64,000 bases of DNA from the human T2T-CHM13v2.0 reference genome, Homo sapiens, in NCBI RefSeq assembly GCF_009914755.1, contig NC_060947.1; one strand, written 5' to 3'. Both the position numbers and the translations under genes were made by a program. The notes under the pieces are model-generated. The model worked only from the letters and a program-made list of their open reading frames with translations. It made no database searches and was not told the DNA's origin. This document shows positions 1 to 18,309 of this stretch, in pieces. Every line of letters begins with the position of its first letter. The stretch's first letter is position 1.

Positions 1-221
1 GCAGCCTCCGCCTCCCGGCTTCAAGTGATTCTCCTGCCTCAGCCTCCTGAGTAGCTGGGATTGCAGGCGCCTGCCACTGCGCCTGGATAATTTTTGTATT
101 TTTAGTGGAGAAGGGGTTTCACCATGTTGGCCAGGCAGGTCTTGAACTCCTGACCTTGTGATCCACCCACCTCGATCTCCCAAAGTGCTGGGATTATAGG
201 CATGAGCCATCATGCCTGGCC
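1..221 (-). mobile_element. AluS-type SINE, head and body; its 3' end is displaced to 1161-1217 by an inversion
   Basis: Reverse-complement Alu consensus ending ...catgcctggcc at 221, followed by the TSD-like atcaaagccatcctt. Confidence 0.95.
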
Positions 222-223
222 AT

Positions 224-1160
224 CAAAGCCATCCTTTCTGTCTCACAAACTGTTCTCTGGCCATTTCACAATCTTTGTTGCACGCATTAGGGCTTTGTGG
301 GTGATGATATAAAGGGGATGTTTTGTTTCATTTTATCATTAGAACCTTTAAAAGAGTAGCAAGTTATTCTGCTGGACTTCCCAAAAATGTAGCTGGGAAG
401 AAAAATATAACCAATCAAAAGCTGAAAATTACTTTCGAGGACTCAGGAAGGGAATGTGTGGTACGTGCTGCATGGTATCTGTTAAAATAGCCACTGTGCT
501 GAAATCCCTTTGTGGGGAAAGGTGGAGATTTTTGCAAATGCAAGACAAAATGTTACTTCTCTGGGTATGACCACAGTAACAAGGACACAGAAAAATAGGT
601 CAGAACCAAAGGAAAGATGGGGTTATCTGTCCTGAGAATCAAAGCCTCCTATGGATCCTCACTCTGAGAGTGCCTGGGAATAAGAAGCTGAGTTTCATCG
701 ACAGCAGCAGGAAATGCAGAGTGAGAAAAGCAGGAAGAAGGCAGGGCACAGTTGCTCACGCCTATAATCCCAGCATTTTGGGAGGCCGAGGCAGGCAGAC
801 CACCTGAGGTCAGGAGTTCGAGACCAGCCTGGCCAACATGGTGAAACCCTGTTTCTACTAAAAATACAAAACATTAGCCAGGGATGGTGGCACGTGCCTG
901 TAGTCCCAGCTACTTGGGAGACTGAGGCAGGAGAATCGCTTGAACCCAGGAGGCGGAGGTTGCAGCGAGCAGAGATCCGCGCCATTGCACTCCAGTCTGG
1001 GCGACAGAGCAAGACACCGTCTCAAAAAAAAAGGAAGAAGAAAGTTCTAGTAGCCACAGAAGTTAGTTGCTTTGACCATGGGCATGATACCAGAATTTCA
1101 AAAGTGACAGAAAAAGCAGGCAGACAGATGGCAGAGGTGTTTGCTGGAACCCTCAAGCCC
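224..1160 (+). repeat. Duplicated unique segment, copy A (paralog of 50860-51492), interrupted by an Alu
   Basis: Colinear near-identity from caaagccatcctttctgtctcacaaac to gctggaaccctcaagccc; about 20 substitutions in ~630 bp by hand count. Confidence 0.97.
740..1031 (+). mobile_element. AluSx-like full-length insertion, absent from paralogous copy B
   Basis: Dimeric Alu with TSD aaaagcaggaagaa / aaaaggaagaagaa; empty site at ~51361-51374. Confidence 0.95.
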
Positions 1161-1215
1161 TGCACTCCAGCCTGGGTGACAGAGTGAGATTATGTCTCAA
1201 AAAAAAAAAAAAAAA

Positions 1216-1217
<2 letters not shown>
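1161..1217 (+). mobile_element. Alu 3' end plus poly(A), detached from the Alu at 1-221
   Basis: tgcactccagcctgggtgacagagtgag...A-tail begins abruptly at the end of duplicated segment A. Confidence 0.9.
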
Positions 1218-1880
<663 letters not shown>

Positions 1881-2041
1881 TGGATTGCTTCATTTTAAAC
1901 ACTATAAAATAAATATCTCACCCTCACCGGTAAATACACATATCTCCCCCTACTCCGTTTTTAACACTACAGGGCAACATTCTGAATTGAAATGTTCCAT
2001 AATATTCATTTTTGTCACTCACCTGTAATAGTGTAGACACT

Positions 2042-2410
<369 letters not shown>

Positions 2411-2761
2411 CTAGATTGTAGTTGTAGAATTACATCATAATGGAAATATGTTCAGGCTGAGTCCTTCCTTTGGCATGTTTGCATTGTGTGAACAGTGGAA
2501 TGAATCAATTTCTGTTACCATTACCATATGTTTTTCTCATCCCGTATGGTTTTCTCAGTACATAGCATCGTGTAAGCTACTCTAACACTGGAGTTCAGAG
2601 AACTGGTTTGAGTTCCAGCTTGCTAACCAGGTGGTGCTCAAAACACAGCCATGGCCACAAAAGCCCATTCTCTGAAGTTGGTGTGTGATGTATAAATTCA
2701 TAGCCTAATTCTCCTTTTGACTTCTCCTCAATACACTGTTTCATAAAGATGGTAGCTGCCC

Positions 2762-2864
2762 ACCCTTTTGTGGTTCATAAGTATGGTGGTTCGGTTTTCA
2801 TGCTTATGTGTGAGACATGCCTCTCTCCAACCTTGTTACAGCACAGGCACATTACCCATCTGAC
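2762..2864 (+). pseudogene. U13 (SNORD13-like) snoRNA retrocopy, degenerate
   Basis: acccttttgtggttcat...tgtgtgagacatgcc...aaccttgttac...ggcacattacccatctgac matches the U13 sequence as recalled; D box CTGA is present, C box is decayed, and a short A-rich tail follows. Confidence 0.85.
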
Positions 2865-2921
2865 ATGAGGGGAAAAAAGGTTATGGTTCTAAATGCCATT
2901 TTTGGAAAAGAAAAAGAAATC

Positions 2922-6208
<3,287 letters not shown>

Positions 6209-6791
6209 TAAAGACTAAGAGCATATTCTTTGTTGTAGGTGTACGTGTTTGTTCACAGCCCCTTACACAGCTTGTGTAAGGAGACCAATTTTTGATGGAA
6301 GAAAGGGAAACTGTCAGTCTCAACTGCACAAGTGAGATATTGGATAAGTTACTTTACAGTTTGGTGTTTCTGTTTCCTGACCTGTATGACAGACACAAGA
6401 CTATGGACCCATTTGGTTTAGTTTGGTTTTGGGCTTAACTGATCTCCAAATACCCTTTTTTACTGTGAAATGTTTGTGATCTGCAATCTTAGGTTACACT
6501 GATGCAGTAATTTCTTTGCACTGCAGTTTTTTTCTAGTAAGAGTACAGTTATGGTTTCTTGTCTTCCTTTTTAGAATATCTTAAGTAACGCCCCACATCC
6601 AAGCTCCCAGTGGGTTTCCAGTCCTAATATGGTGCAGGGTTCCTTAGTGCTCACGGGTATTGATATATTAGGGCAATGTGACCCAGGAAGCTGCTGCGGG
6701 AAATTGTAAAGTAAGGTGACATTAGAAAGATATTTCATCAAAATGCCGAAGTGTGCGAGAGCATATCCTCCCTCACATTTCTGCACATTTG

Positions 6792-7300
6792 TGTCAAGTG
6801 GTCAAACAGTTCCTAAGCAACGGTGCGGAGGCGGTTGCTAGGCTGGCTTGTCACGTGTCCACGGATTCAGCCGCTAAAGAAATGGTGAGCCCAACTGCAT
6901 TCAGACAGTTTATTGCTTAAAGAGACAGTAAGACCATCATGGTGTCAGCTCCAACATCCTTAGTCCCACAGGATGACACTGAACCAGAGGGCCAGGTGAC
7001 ATTGAAGGGCCAACTCAAAAACGACCACAAGCAGTTTTGTAATAGACTTACACAGAAGCCTGCAGCTGGAAATTAAGTCTGGGCAAGGTAGAAAGCCCGA
7101 TACCACACCAGAGCCAGGGAGGCCGATGAGAAACTGCCTCACGGTGGCTCCTCACCAGGCTTCTTGTCTTGCCCACTTCCTGGAAAAAAATCACAGGACG
7201 TTCTGCCAAGACTCAAGTCAGACTTCAGGTAAGCCTTTGCCTTCGCCCACGTGGAGATGTGCAAGGTCTCCATGGCATCATGGCAGACCTGGTCCCTACA
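6792..7300 (-). mobile_element. 3' LTR of the ancient class III ERV (MER74/MER73/MER54/LTR53-like group; subfamily uncertain)
   Basis: TG...CA termini; minus-strand AATAAA at ~6909-6914; homology blocks shared with 36879-38614 (e.g. ccagggagg.cgatgagaaac.gc). Confidence 0.75.
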
Positions 7301-7361
7301 ACTGCACTGCCTGGCCTTTTGTGTAACCAGCTAAGAATTTGTTTTCAAGAAGCACAGGCCA

Positions 7362-7870
<509 letters not shown>

Positions 7871-7939
7871 CTATCAGATGCCCCAATTAATTGTACTGTG
7901 ACAGTGGCATGGATGAAATCCTTTCTATTGGCGTTAAGT

Positions 7940-8200
7940 GACATCAGATGAGAATAACTGTGGCTATGATCAAGTAGAATGATCAGACCCACCTGGAGAA
8001 CAGACCACAGTCAGGCTCCTGGTCAAAGCCAAGCCAGCTAAGTCGGTCATTAATCCAGGTGCAGCAAGAGGTGTCGGCAACTGCACACAGCCAGCCCTGG
8101 CCACCAGCAGGAAATCCAGGGCAATATGACTGCTCCTCACCATTCATGTTGGAGAGCTTAGTCTGGTCTGTGTGTGCAAGCAAGTGTAGGCCTGATGTCC
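7940..8200 (-). pseudogene. env: Retroviral env TM-subunit remnant (immunosuppressive domain, CX6CC, membrane anchor)
   Basis: Minus strand encodes HIALDFLL, a frameshift, GQGWLCAVADTSCCTWIN, then hydrophobic [20 protein letters not shown]. Confidence 0.8.
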
Positions 8201-8257
8201 TTGTAAGACGAGGTCCCCTCTTGGGGCATGAACTGTAGCTAGAGTTTAAGACCCTGG

Positions 8258-9519
<1,262 letters not shown>

Positions 9520-9549
9520 TTGCAGACCCTATAGTTATAAAAGGATGAG

Positions 9550-11376
9550 GGGGCGACGTGTTCTTTCTGGCTACTTCCTGCTGAGGTGGGGTGGAGAGTT
9601 TCTTGGTCTCGGATTGACTGCAGGAGTAACACCATCTGTAAATGTTTTTGGGTGGTTGCAAAATGGCCGTGATTCTGTCAGTTAAAACTTTTTGAAAAAG
9701 GTTAATTAGGCAGAATAAAAACATTAGTCCTAGGCATATTACTAGGAGAGGACCCAGGAATGGGATGACTCATGCTATGATTTTGTTTTTGAACCAAGAA
9801 TTTATTTGGTTCTTTTGGTATTCCCTTAGCTTTTTAGCCCTTCTTTTTAGTTTTTCAGCAGCATTTCTTACTAGGCCTGATTGGTTGAGATAGAAACAAC
9901 ATTTCTTACCCAATGAGAGGCAGAGGCCCCCTTTTTCAACCATTATAAGATTTAGTCCCCATCTGTTTTGGAGGACTACTCCAGCCAAGGAGTCTAGTTG
10001 GTCATGGACTCTTATAAAGCTTCGGGCTATATCTTCTAAAGAGCCCTGTAGTTTTGTTGAAAGAGCCTTAAAGTATGTTAAGGAGGTGGCTAATCCGCTT
10101 GCTCCCAATCAAAGTCCAGAGGTTATACCTAAGGCGGCCGTTAAAGGAATGACATGGATGGCCCATCTTTTTCTAACATATTGGACGGATGGGATGGGCA
10201 AAGGCTGATTAGGAGGAACTAGTCTGATGGAGGGAAATAGATAAACTAGGGTACAGGTTCCGGTCCAGTTGGTGGGGAGACAAAGATAGGTGTTGCTGCC
10301 ACACAAAAAGAACAAGACTTTGCTGTAAACACAGGCAGAAATATGGAAAGAGAACAAGTGAATTAAAGATGGGGTGTTTTTTGTTGGTTTGTTTTTTTGT
10401 TTTTTTTTCCTGTGGTTCATTACTCCAGACTGACAAAGAGGAGGCCAGGGAGGCGCCTACTGTAGTAGAGATATAGGAAGAGTTACTTTTTACACATTTA
10501 ATGCGGTCGGATGTTGCGCCATTAATATTGAGCCATGGAAAAAGGTGGGCATTAGGGAAAGCACAGGTTAGGCCTGGAGGCATTGGTTAAGGGAGAGGCC
10601 GTAAAACGAGCCGGTTGCAGAAATGTTCCCATTTGCTTCAAGTGACACTTGGTAGTTAATTTGATTAGTTTGGTAGTCAGAGGGGTGTTTAACAACGATA
10701 GCGGATAGGCGGTTGCATTGGTTAAGTGTTAATGACCCTACAGGGATATTTCCCTTAGAGGCCGAAAAGTAAAGTGAGGCTTGTTGAAAAAGGGGAGTGT
10801 GTTTAGTTATAGGCCCTTCAATGGGAGGGCCTTGGGGCTTAAGGCGTTGTAGGGAGTTGTAATAGGTTTGAAATAATTTGTTAGCCTGATTGGCCCTGGA
10901 AGTGGGATAATCACCGATTAGAGTGTCAACTTTTTTAAAAAGGGAAACTCCTTTTTGGAGTTTATAAATTAGGGTTATATTTCCAGTTAAAAGGTCATGA
11001 AGGGGTGCAGGAAGGGCTGAGTAAGCTGAGGAAGACAGTGATAAACACATCCAGCATTCCAAAGCAAGGGAAGAGTTAGCTGGCAGTAAGAGGGACTGTG
11101 TAAGGTTTATAGAGTGTTCGAGCTTGAGGGCAGTGAGGAGTGGTTGTACTGGTGAGATTGATGTACTTAGGGAATTTATATTAAAAGAAGCAAGCAAAAA
11201 GAGAAAAAGGTTATTTGGGTAGGAGTAAAGTCCTGGAAAGTTCCTTGAAGCCATAGGTCCCATAAAATAGTAAGGAGCTGATCAGGATGTGCAATGGGAG
11301 CTTCATAAGGGTACCACTGAAGGTCTGTAGCAAGGCAGATTAGGAAGCGATGAAAGTTTGGAAGAGAAAGAGACAT
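9550..11376 (-). pseudogene. env: HERV-F env, frameshifted
   Basis: SU CWMC (CXXC) motif; furin site decayed to RKRW; fusion peptide AIHVIPLTAALGITSGL; ISD LQNRWGLNLIMVEKGG; CLSLGKKCC (CX6CC); spread over at least 5 ORFs. Confidence 0.92.
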
Positions 11377-11480
11377 AAGCGGCTTATGTGGAGTTTTCCT
11401 TTTTTTCCTCTGGGATTCAGGTGAGGCAAAGGGAAGTGGGTCCTGTGGAGACACAAGAAAAGGCTGAAGGAGTTTTAGAT

Positions 11481-14400
11481 TCAGTTGTTTGAGCATGTGG
11501 TGAAGGGAAGTTTATTGGTTTTTTTGTCTTTCTTTTTGAGAGAAGTATAATGAATCCAGTTAGGGAGTCCCCAGAGTTTTGCTGCCGTAGGTGTGGTAAG
11601 GATGATCTGGTAAGGTCCCTTCCATTTAGACGTGAGGGGGGATTTGGGGGTAGGACTGGGATTTTTTATGAGAACCCAGTCTTCTGGCTGTAGGAAGGGA
11701 TTAGAGGAGTTGGCAGCGGGTTGTGGCAGGTATTTGTCAGCATATTCCAAATGAAATGGTGGATGGTATGCAGAAGAGGGCAAGCGAGAGGGGTTGGTAG
11801 AGGTGGTGCTTGACCCTGAGATGGAACAAAAAGGGCAAGTGGTTTCCCATACATGAGTTTAAAGGGGCTGAGCATTAAGGGTTTACATGGGAGCACCTGA
11901 ATTTTTAGAAGGGCCAAAGGTAAAAGTGTGACCCAGTCTTTATGTGTTTGGAGCGAGTACCCGGTGAGGTGTTTTTTGAATGCCATTCATTTTTTCAACC
12001 TTTCCTGAAGATTGAGGTCTATAGGGGATGTGTAGCTTCCAGGTGATATGTAGAGCTTGTGCAAGTGTTTGAGTAATTTGAGAAATGAATTCAGGACCAT
12101 TGTCAGATTGAAAAGAACAAGGCACCCAGAACCTGGGTTTGATTTCTGTTATTAATTTGGAGGTGACAGTAGAAGTTCGTTTGTTGGTTGTGAGAAAAGC
12201 CTCAATCCATCCTGAAAAGGTATCGACCAGAACTAAAAGAAATTTAACCTTTTTTACTGGGGGCATATGGGTAAAATTAATTTGCCAATCCTGTCCTAGA
12301 AGGAGTCCCCTGGCCAGATGGGATGGGAAAGAAGGGGGTTTAGTGTTGGAGTGGGGTGAAGCTTTCTGGCAAATAGAGCATTGATGGGAAATGACTTTTA
12401 ACTGTTCCTTTATATCTGGGGCTATGTGTATATGGGAACTTAAGAAATGTTGTAGAGGGGAATGGCTAGTGTGGAAGAGGTTGTGAATGTCCCATAAAAG
12501 AGTTGTTTTTTCAGGGTCAGGTAGGACTAATTTGTTTTTTATGAACCAGTATGGGGGTTTGAATTGTGCCCCCACCGTGATTAGTTGTTTTTGGTGTTTT
12601 GCATAAAAGGAGGGGATATGTTGTATGAGGGGAAATAGGTATTGGGGAATTGGATGATTGGTTGAGGCTTGTTTTGCCCAACAGTCAGCTTTACAGTTTT
12701 CTAAAGAAATGTGGCTGTTATTTGATTGATGTCCTTTGCAATGGATAACTGCAAAGTTTTCTGGGAGTAAAGCTGCCTTTAGCAAATGATGGATTGGTTT
12801 TTCACGAATTATCGGAGTTTCTTTAGCCATGAGATAGCTCTACTCGCTCCAAATTTGGGCATTGGAATGGATGATGTTATAGGCATATTTAGAATCGGTG
12901 TATATATTAACTTGTATGCTCTCTGCTAGGGTTAATTCTTTTATTAGGGCAATTAATTCTGCTTGCTGGGAGGATGTGCCCAAAGGCAAAGGGGCAGCCT
13001 TTACGATGCTTCTAGGTGGGAAAGAGTGGGTATTATTATGATATTCCTCAATGATGGCATATCCTGCTTGAAGGGAAGGGTTTTTTGATGTGCTGCCATC
13101 TATAAACCAATCTGGGGCTCCCTTTATGTGAGTAGAAGTAAGGTGGTGAAACATGGTGAGCGAACTTTCAATTAGATTAGAGCATGAGTGTTGGTCGGGG
13201 TCCAAAGGTAAAAGAGTGGTGGGATTGGGGGTGGGGAAGCATTTATGAAGAGAGATAGAGGGTTGAAGGGGAATTGAATGTAGTAGGGCTTGCAAGTGAG
13301 AGGATGAAATTGAGGTGAGCACCTTATGACTGAACATATCTTGTAGACTGTGAGAAGAAAATACCTGAAGGGGTTCGTAGAATGTGAGTTTTTGTGCCTC
13401 AGGGATGATCAGAGAGGCTGTGGCCAAAATTTTCAAGCAAAGGGGTCAGCTTTTATAAATGAGGTCTAGTTGTTTTAAAAAATATGCCACTGGTTGGAGA
13501 GAATCTCCCATAGGTTGGGCTAATAGTCCAAGGGCCTGATTATAAGAACTGTGTAAATATAGGTGAAAGGGTTTCAGGGGGTTTGGAAGGCCTAAAGCAG
13601 GGACCTGTAATAAGGCACGTTTTAGGTGAGAGAAAGCATGATAAAGGTCTGGGGTGGAAATGAGTGGTTGGTCAAGATTTCCTTTTGTGTGTTCATAAAG
13701 GGGTTTAGCAATAATGGCAAAATTTGCTGTCTATAATCAGAAATATCCCACTAATCCAAGGAAAGAAAGTAAGTTCCTTTTTGTTTTGGGAAATGGGATT
13801 TGTTGAATGCCTTGCTTTTGTGCCAGCAGAATTTCTTGGGTATTTGGAGTTATGATTAGTCCTAAGTATGAAACTTTTGGGGAGATCAATTGGGCCTTCC
13901 CTTTTGATACCTGGTACCTGCATTCAGCCAGAAAATTTAAAAGCTTGGTGGTGTGTTGAATGCAATGTTCTAGAGAGGGGCTGCAAAGAAGTAAGTTGCC
14001 CATATATTGAAGCAAAATGCTAGGCTGTAGAGATAGTTGGGAAAGACCCAATTGAAGTACCTGATTGAAATAGTGAGGGCTGTCCCTAAACCCCTGAGGG
14101 AGGTCAGTCCATGTGAGTTGTTGGGAGCGGCCTGTGTCAGGGTTAGTCCAAGTGAAAGCAAAAAGGTTTTGAGTGGAGGGATAGAAAAATAAAGGCATCT
14201 TTGAGGTTTAATAGGTTTAATACAGAGAAATGGCTAGTGTTGGGAGGAATTCGTGGTAGGAGGGTGAGGGGGTTTGGGACAACAGGATAAACAGGAACAA
14301 TAGCAGAGTTGATTTGTTGCAAATCCTGAACCAGTCTATAGGAGCCATCTGGTGTTTTAATTGGGAGAATCAGAGGTATTGTGGGGAGAATGGGTGGGGA

Positions 14401-14560
14401 TTAAAATATTGGCAGTCAAAAGTCAGGAGATGATGGGTTTGAGTTCCCGCAATCCATTAGAGTTGAGGGGGTATTGTGGGACCACTATATGGCACTTAGG
14501 ATCCTTCAGTGAAATTTGAATTGGAGAATGGTGGGTAGCAATTATGAGGGAGTTAGTGTT
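11481..14560 (-). pseudogene. pol: HERV-F pol (RT, RNase H, integrase), disrupted
   Basis: LPQGFRDSP; YxDD decayed to YMGN; RNase H WFIDGS, AELIAL, YTDSKYA; IN HHCC, WQINFTHMP, QSDNGPEF, SSGKVEKMN, WKGPY. Confidence 0.95.
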
Positions 14561-15007
14561 TCATACCATGGGATTTACATGGCTAAGGAATTTGGGGTTT
14601 AAGTCTATTTGATGTTGAGTGTCTGAGGAGGGGTTCTGTTCTTGACATAATAATAAATAAGGGTGGCTTTGGTGTAAGGCTGACAAATGGATGATTCCCC
14701 CTAATTTGTGTAGGATGTCCCTTCCTAGTAAAGGAGTGAGAAAATGAGGGATGACCAAGAAAGAGTGAGTGAAGGTGACACCCTGAAATGAGCAGTATAG
14801 AGGTGGTGTTTTGTGTGGGTTTTTTTGTGTGCCCTTCATGCCAACAACAGAAATGGATGAGTGTTTTAATGGGCCTTGATATTCAGTTAACACCGAAAGA
14901 CTCACCCCGGTATCCAAAAGAAAGGAAATAATCTTACCGGACACCATCCCAATTACCCTGGGTTCTGTGGACTCACTAGGCATGGGGGTGAAGGATCCCG
15001 GTCACCC
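14561..15007 (-). pseudogene. pro: HERV-F aspartic protease
   Basis: FLLDTGVSLSVL active site and LLGRDIL motif, downstream of the gag ...TED-TGA stop. Confidence 0.92.
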
Positions 15008-16568
15008 TCAGTCTTCCGTTGTCAGCGCCAGCAGTGAAGAGATTTCCTCCTGTGATGGTCAGGGGGCTTTATTATGAGCCGCACCCAAACGGGGAGGGTG
15101 TCCCTGTTGGGGGCAGTCCACTTTCCAGTGTCCCCAAAGACCACAAGTTGGACACGGTCTGGTGGGGGACCAGTGGTTAGGACAAGCCTTTGCCCAGTGT
15201 CCAGAGTTGCCACGTCGGAAACAGACTCCCAGAGGGGTCGGGTAGTTTTCTTTTGGGTCATTGGGAGGCTTTTGTGTAACTGGCTTTTGGATAGCAGAGG
15301 CAAGCATCTGGCTTTTTAATGAGAGATGTTTGTCTTTTTGAATTTTTTGTTCCTCATCTCTGTTGTTAAAGACACAGAAGGCTACATTTAGGAGGTCCTG
15401 CCGGGATGTCTGGGGACCCTCCTCTAAGTTTTGTAATTTTTTCCAGATATCTGGGGCAGATTGGGAAACAAATTGGAGGTGGAGAAAAGTTTGACCTTCT
15501 CTAGATTCTGGGTCCAAATTGGCATATTTTAGCATAGCTTCAGTGAGGTGTGATAAGGGCAGGATTTTCTTGGGGCTCTTGTGTAATTTCTCTAAGTTTC
15601 TCATAATTAACTGCCTTATGGGCATTTTTGTCCATACCCACAAGGAGACAGCTAATCATGTGGTCTCTTCATCTGATGCCATTGTCTCCCTGTTGGTAAG
15701 TCCAATCTGAGTCTCTACGGGGGACTGCATCATTAGCCACTGGATTTTGTATAGGGGCTTGATTATAGAGTTCATCTGTGTGGACTTCAGCTGAATGCTA
15801 GATGAGCTCTTTTTCATCAGGAGTGAGGGTGGAGGTTAGAATTATATAAAAGTCATGCCAAGTTAAATTAAAGGATTGAGTTATGTGCAGGAATTTCCTG
15901 TGATAACGAGACGGATTTTCAGAGAAAGATCCCAGATGCTGTTCAATTTGCGACAGATTAGACATGGAGAAAAGAACATGAACGCAAGTAATGCCTTTAA
16001 CTCCAGCCACTTCCCGGAGAGGGAGAATGGCAGAGGTGGTTTGACTGGCTGGAGTAGTTTTTGAACGGGTTACAGGTGGAGAAGGAGGAGGGGCAGGGTT
16101 AGGGGCTGCTGGGGCGGAGGGTTCGGACAGGCGAGGAGCGGGTGCAGGGGGTTGAGAACATGGAGGGGGTTCATTTGCAGGGTCAAAAAGAGTTTCAGAG
16201 GAAGGGGTTCCAGGGGAAGGAGAGACCTGGGGAGGGTTTTCATTAAGAAGAAGGATTTCATGAGGGATGCAAGCTTGACATAGGGAGGGTCGGGATCTAA
16301 GGTAGAAAAAAGCCTGAATATAGAGAATCGTTTGCCATTTGCCATTACTGGTTATAAAGTTGTCAAGGTCCCTGAGAATTTGAAAGTTAAAGGTAGCATT
16401 TTTGGGCCATCGTCTGTTGTTATCTAATCTGTATTGGGGCCAAGCCATGTTGCAGTGGAAAATTAAATGTTTTGGCTTTAGGGTCCCCCGTAAGCCAAGT
16501 TTGGTGAGGTTGTGAAGGAGACAGCCCAGTGGGGAGGACGTAGGAATGTGGGATTGTTTGGCACCCAT
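15008..16568 (-). pseudogene. gag: HERV-F gag, disrupted after 256 codons
   Basis: MGAKQS myristoylation-type start; MA (SPLGCLL, WPQYRLD); PPPC (decayed PPPY); QSAPDI; two zinc knuckles CFRRGNSGHWAKAC (one Cys lost) and CPTCGLWGHWKVDC. Confidence 0.93.
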
Positions 16569-17177
16569 GTGGACTGGTAAGAGGAAGCTGAGGGTGTCTG
16601 TTTTGTTCTAGGCGTCCCCAGACAAAAGACAGAGACCCAGAATCTTCTTTCCAAAAGAGGATGGTTAAGCTAAGAAGAAACTGGGCATCCCTAAGATTTC
16701 CTCTAGCTTAGTCCTGTTGGTCCTCTGGGGACCTGGATGGCAGGTACTGGGAGAAAGCCAGGAGAAGGAAGACCTTACCAGTCAGCTGAATTAGTGTCCC
16801 ATGTTAGATGTTCCAGTTGGAATCAGCAAAGGGCCTCCCAGACTGAAGGCACACAAGGAAGAGAGAGAGAAAGAGAGAGAGAGAAGAAGGAGGAAGAAGG
16901 AGCAAGGGTTAGGGAGCGAAATACCTGTTACAGGCGGTCAGAGGTGAATTCCTGAGACCTGAGTGTTTTGAAAGCTCACCAGGGAGTAGTCCCAGCCTGA
17001 GCCTTGCAGTCCCCTTCAGGTCAGTTGTCCTCCTCATGCAAATCGCTCGAAAATTGAAGTGAAAGAAAAGACTGGGCGGGTGGCCAGAGACCCTCAGGAT
17101 CTGGAAGTTAACTCAGGATGCGCTGCCATTGCCCATTGGTTCCTGGGTTGCAAGAGAGTCTTTCCTCCCAACACCCG

Positions 17178-17195
17178 TCCCGGGTTTCAGCATCA
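17178..17195 (-). promoter_or_regulatory. Primer-binding site, tRNA-Phe
   Basis: TGATGCTGAAACCCGGGA matches TGGTGCCGAAACCCGGGA at 16/18, 2 nt from the 5' LTR. Confidence 0.9.
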
Positions 17196-17197
17196 AA

Positions 17198-17747
17198 TGT
17201 AAGAATTAAAGAAAGAGGAGAGAAACACGGAGGGTAGCTTGACAGTCAACAGGTTTATTTTAAACCTGGGAGGGACTTCTGGCAGAGTTAGTTCAGAAGC
17301 TGCACTCTCTTACTTTAAGGGTTCAGGGCGGGAGAGTTTATCAGAGGCTTGGACTGCTTCTGTGTCTCTTTGTTGTGCTTATCTGGGAGGGAGAGTTTTG
17401 TGTCTGTTCACATACATCTTCCTGCAGCTGCAGGCATACCCCCCCTCCCGAGTCTGCCTTTAGCTTCCCTATCTTAGTGCACCTGAAGGGAAAGGAATGT
17501 GCTTATTAAGGCCCACTGTTTTACTGGGGCCCCATTGTATGGGGGTGAAGTTTGACAGTTACCCAAGAGACTTTCTCCCTGCCTTCCTCTGTGCCTGAGC
17601 TGTCTTATCTGTGTTTTACTGTCTATTCTTTTCTGGCTGCTTGTAGTTAGAAGAGAAGTGATTTCCTTGAAATGCATGAAGCTGGAAAGGCAGCTGGAAT
17701 TTAAAGTGGCAGTGTTTGTCTGAGATGATGGTGCTCCTGCTCTATCA
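17198..17747 (-). mobile_element. 5' LTR (LTR19-like)
   Basis: Direct repeat of 8963-9519, adjacent to the PBS. Confidence 0.95.
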
Positions 17748-17844
17748 GCCTCGACCCCCTGGGCTTAAGCAGTCTTCCCACCTTAGCCTCCCAAATAGCT
17801 GAGACTACAGGCATGCCCAGCTAGTTTTGTTATTATTAATATTA

Positions 17845-18110
17845 TTATTAACTTTTATTTTATGCTCAGGGGTACAAGTGCAGGTTTCTTATATAGGTAA
17901 ACTCATGTCATGGGGGTTTGGTGTACAGATTAGTTCATCACCCAGAGGCCTAGTACTTAATAGTTACTTTTTCTGATCTTCGCTCTCCTCCCACCCTCCA
18001 CCCTTAAGTAGGCCTCAGTGTCTATTGCTCCCTTCTTTGTGTACATGAGTTCTCATCATTTAGCTCCCACTTATAAGTGAGAACATGTAGTATTAGGTTT
18101 GCTGTTCCTA
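17845..18110 (-). mobile_element. L1PA (older primate) 3' UTR fragment
   Basis: ggggtacaagtgcaggttt...tagctcccacttataagtgagaacatg is a typical L1PA 3' end. Confidence 0.85.
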
Positions 18111-18132
18111 TTTATTACTATTATTTTTTTAA

Positions 18133-18309
<177 letters not shown>

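Noticed and set aside
9550-11376. HERV-F env as a syncytin-like co-opted gene
   Set aside because: It has multiple frameshifts and stops, an A-rich microsatellite in SU, and a furin site mutated to RKRW.
11940-12830. 296-aa RNase H/integrase ORF as an active enzyme
   Set aside because: The first catalytic Asp is Asn (WQINF) and the frame shifts before the C-terminal domain.
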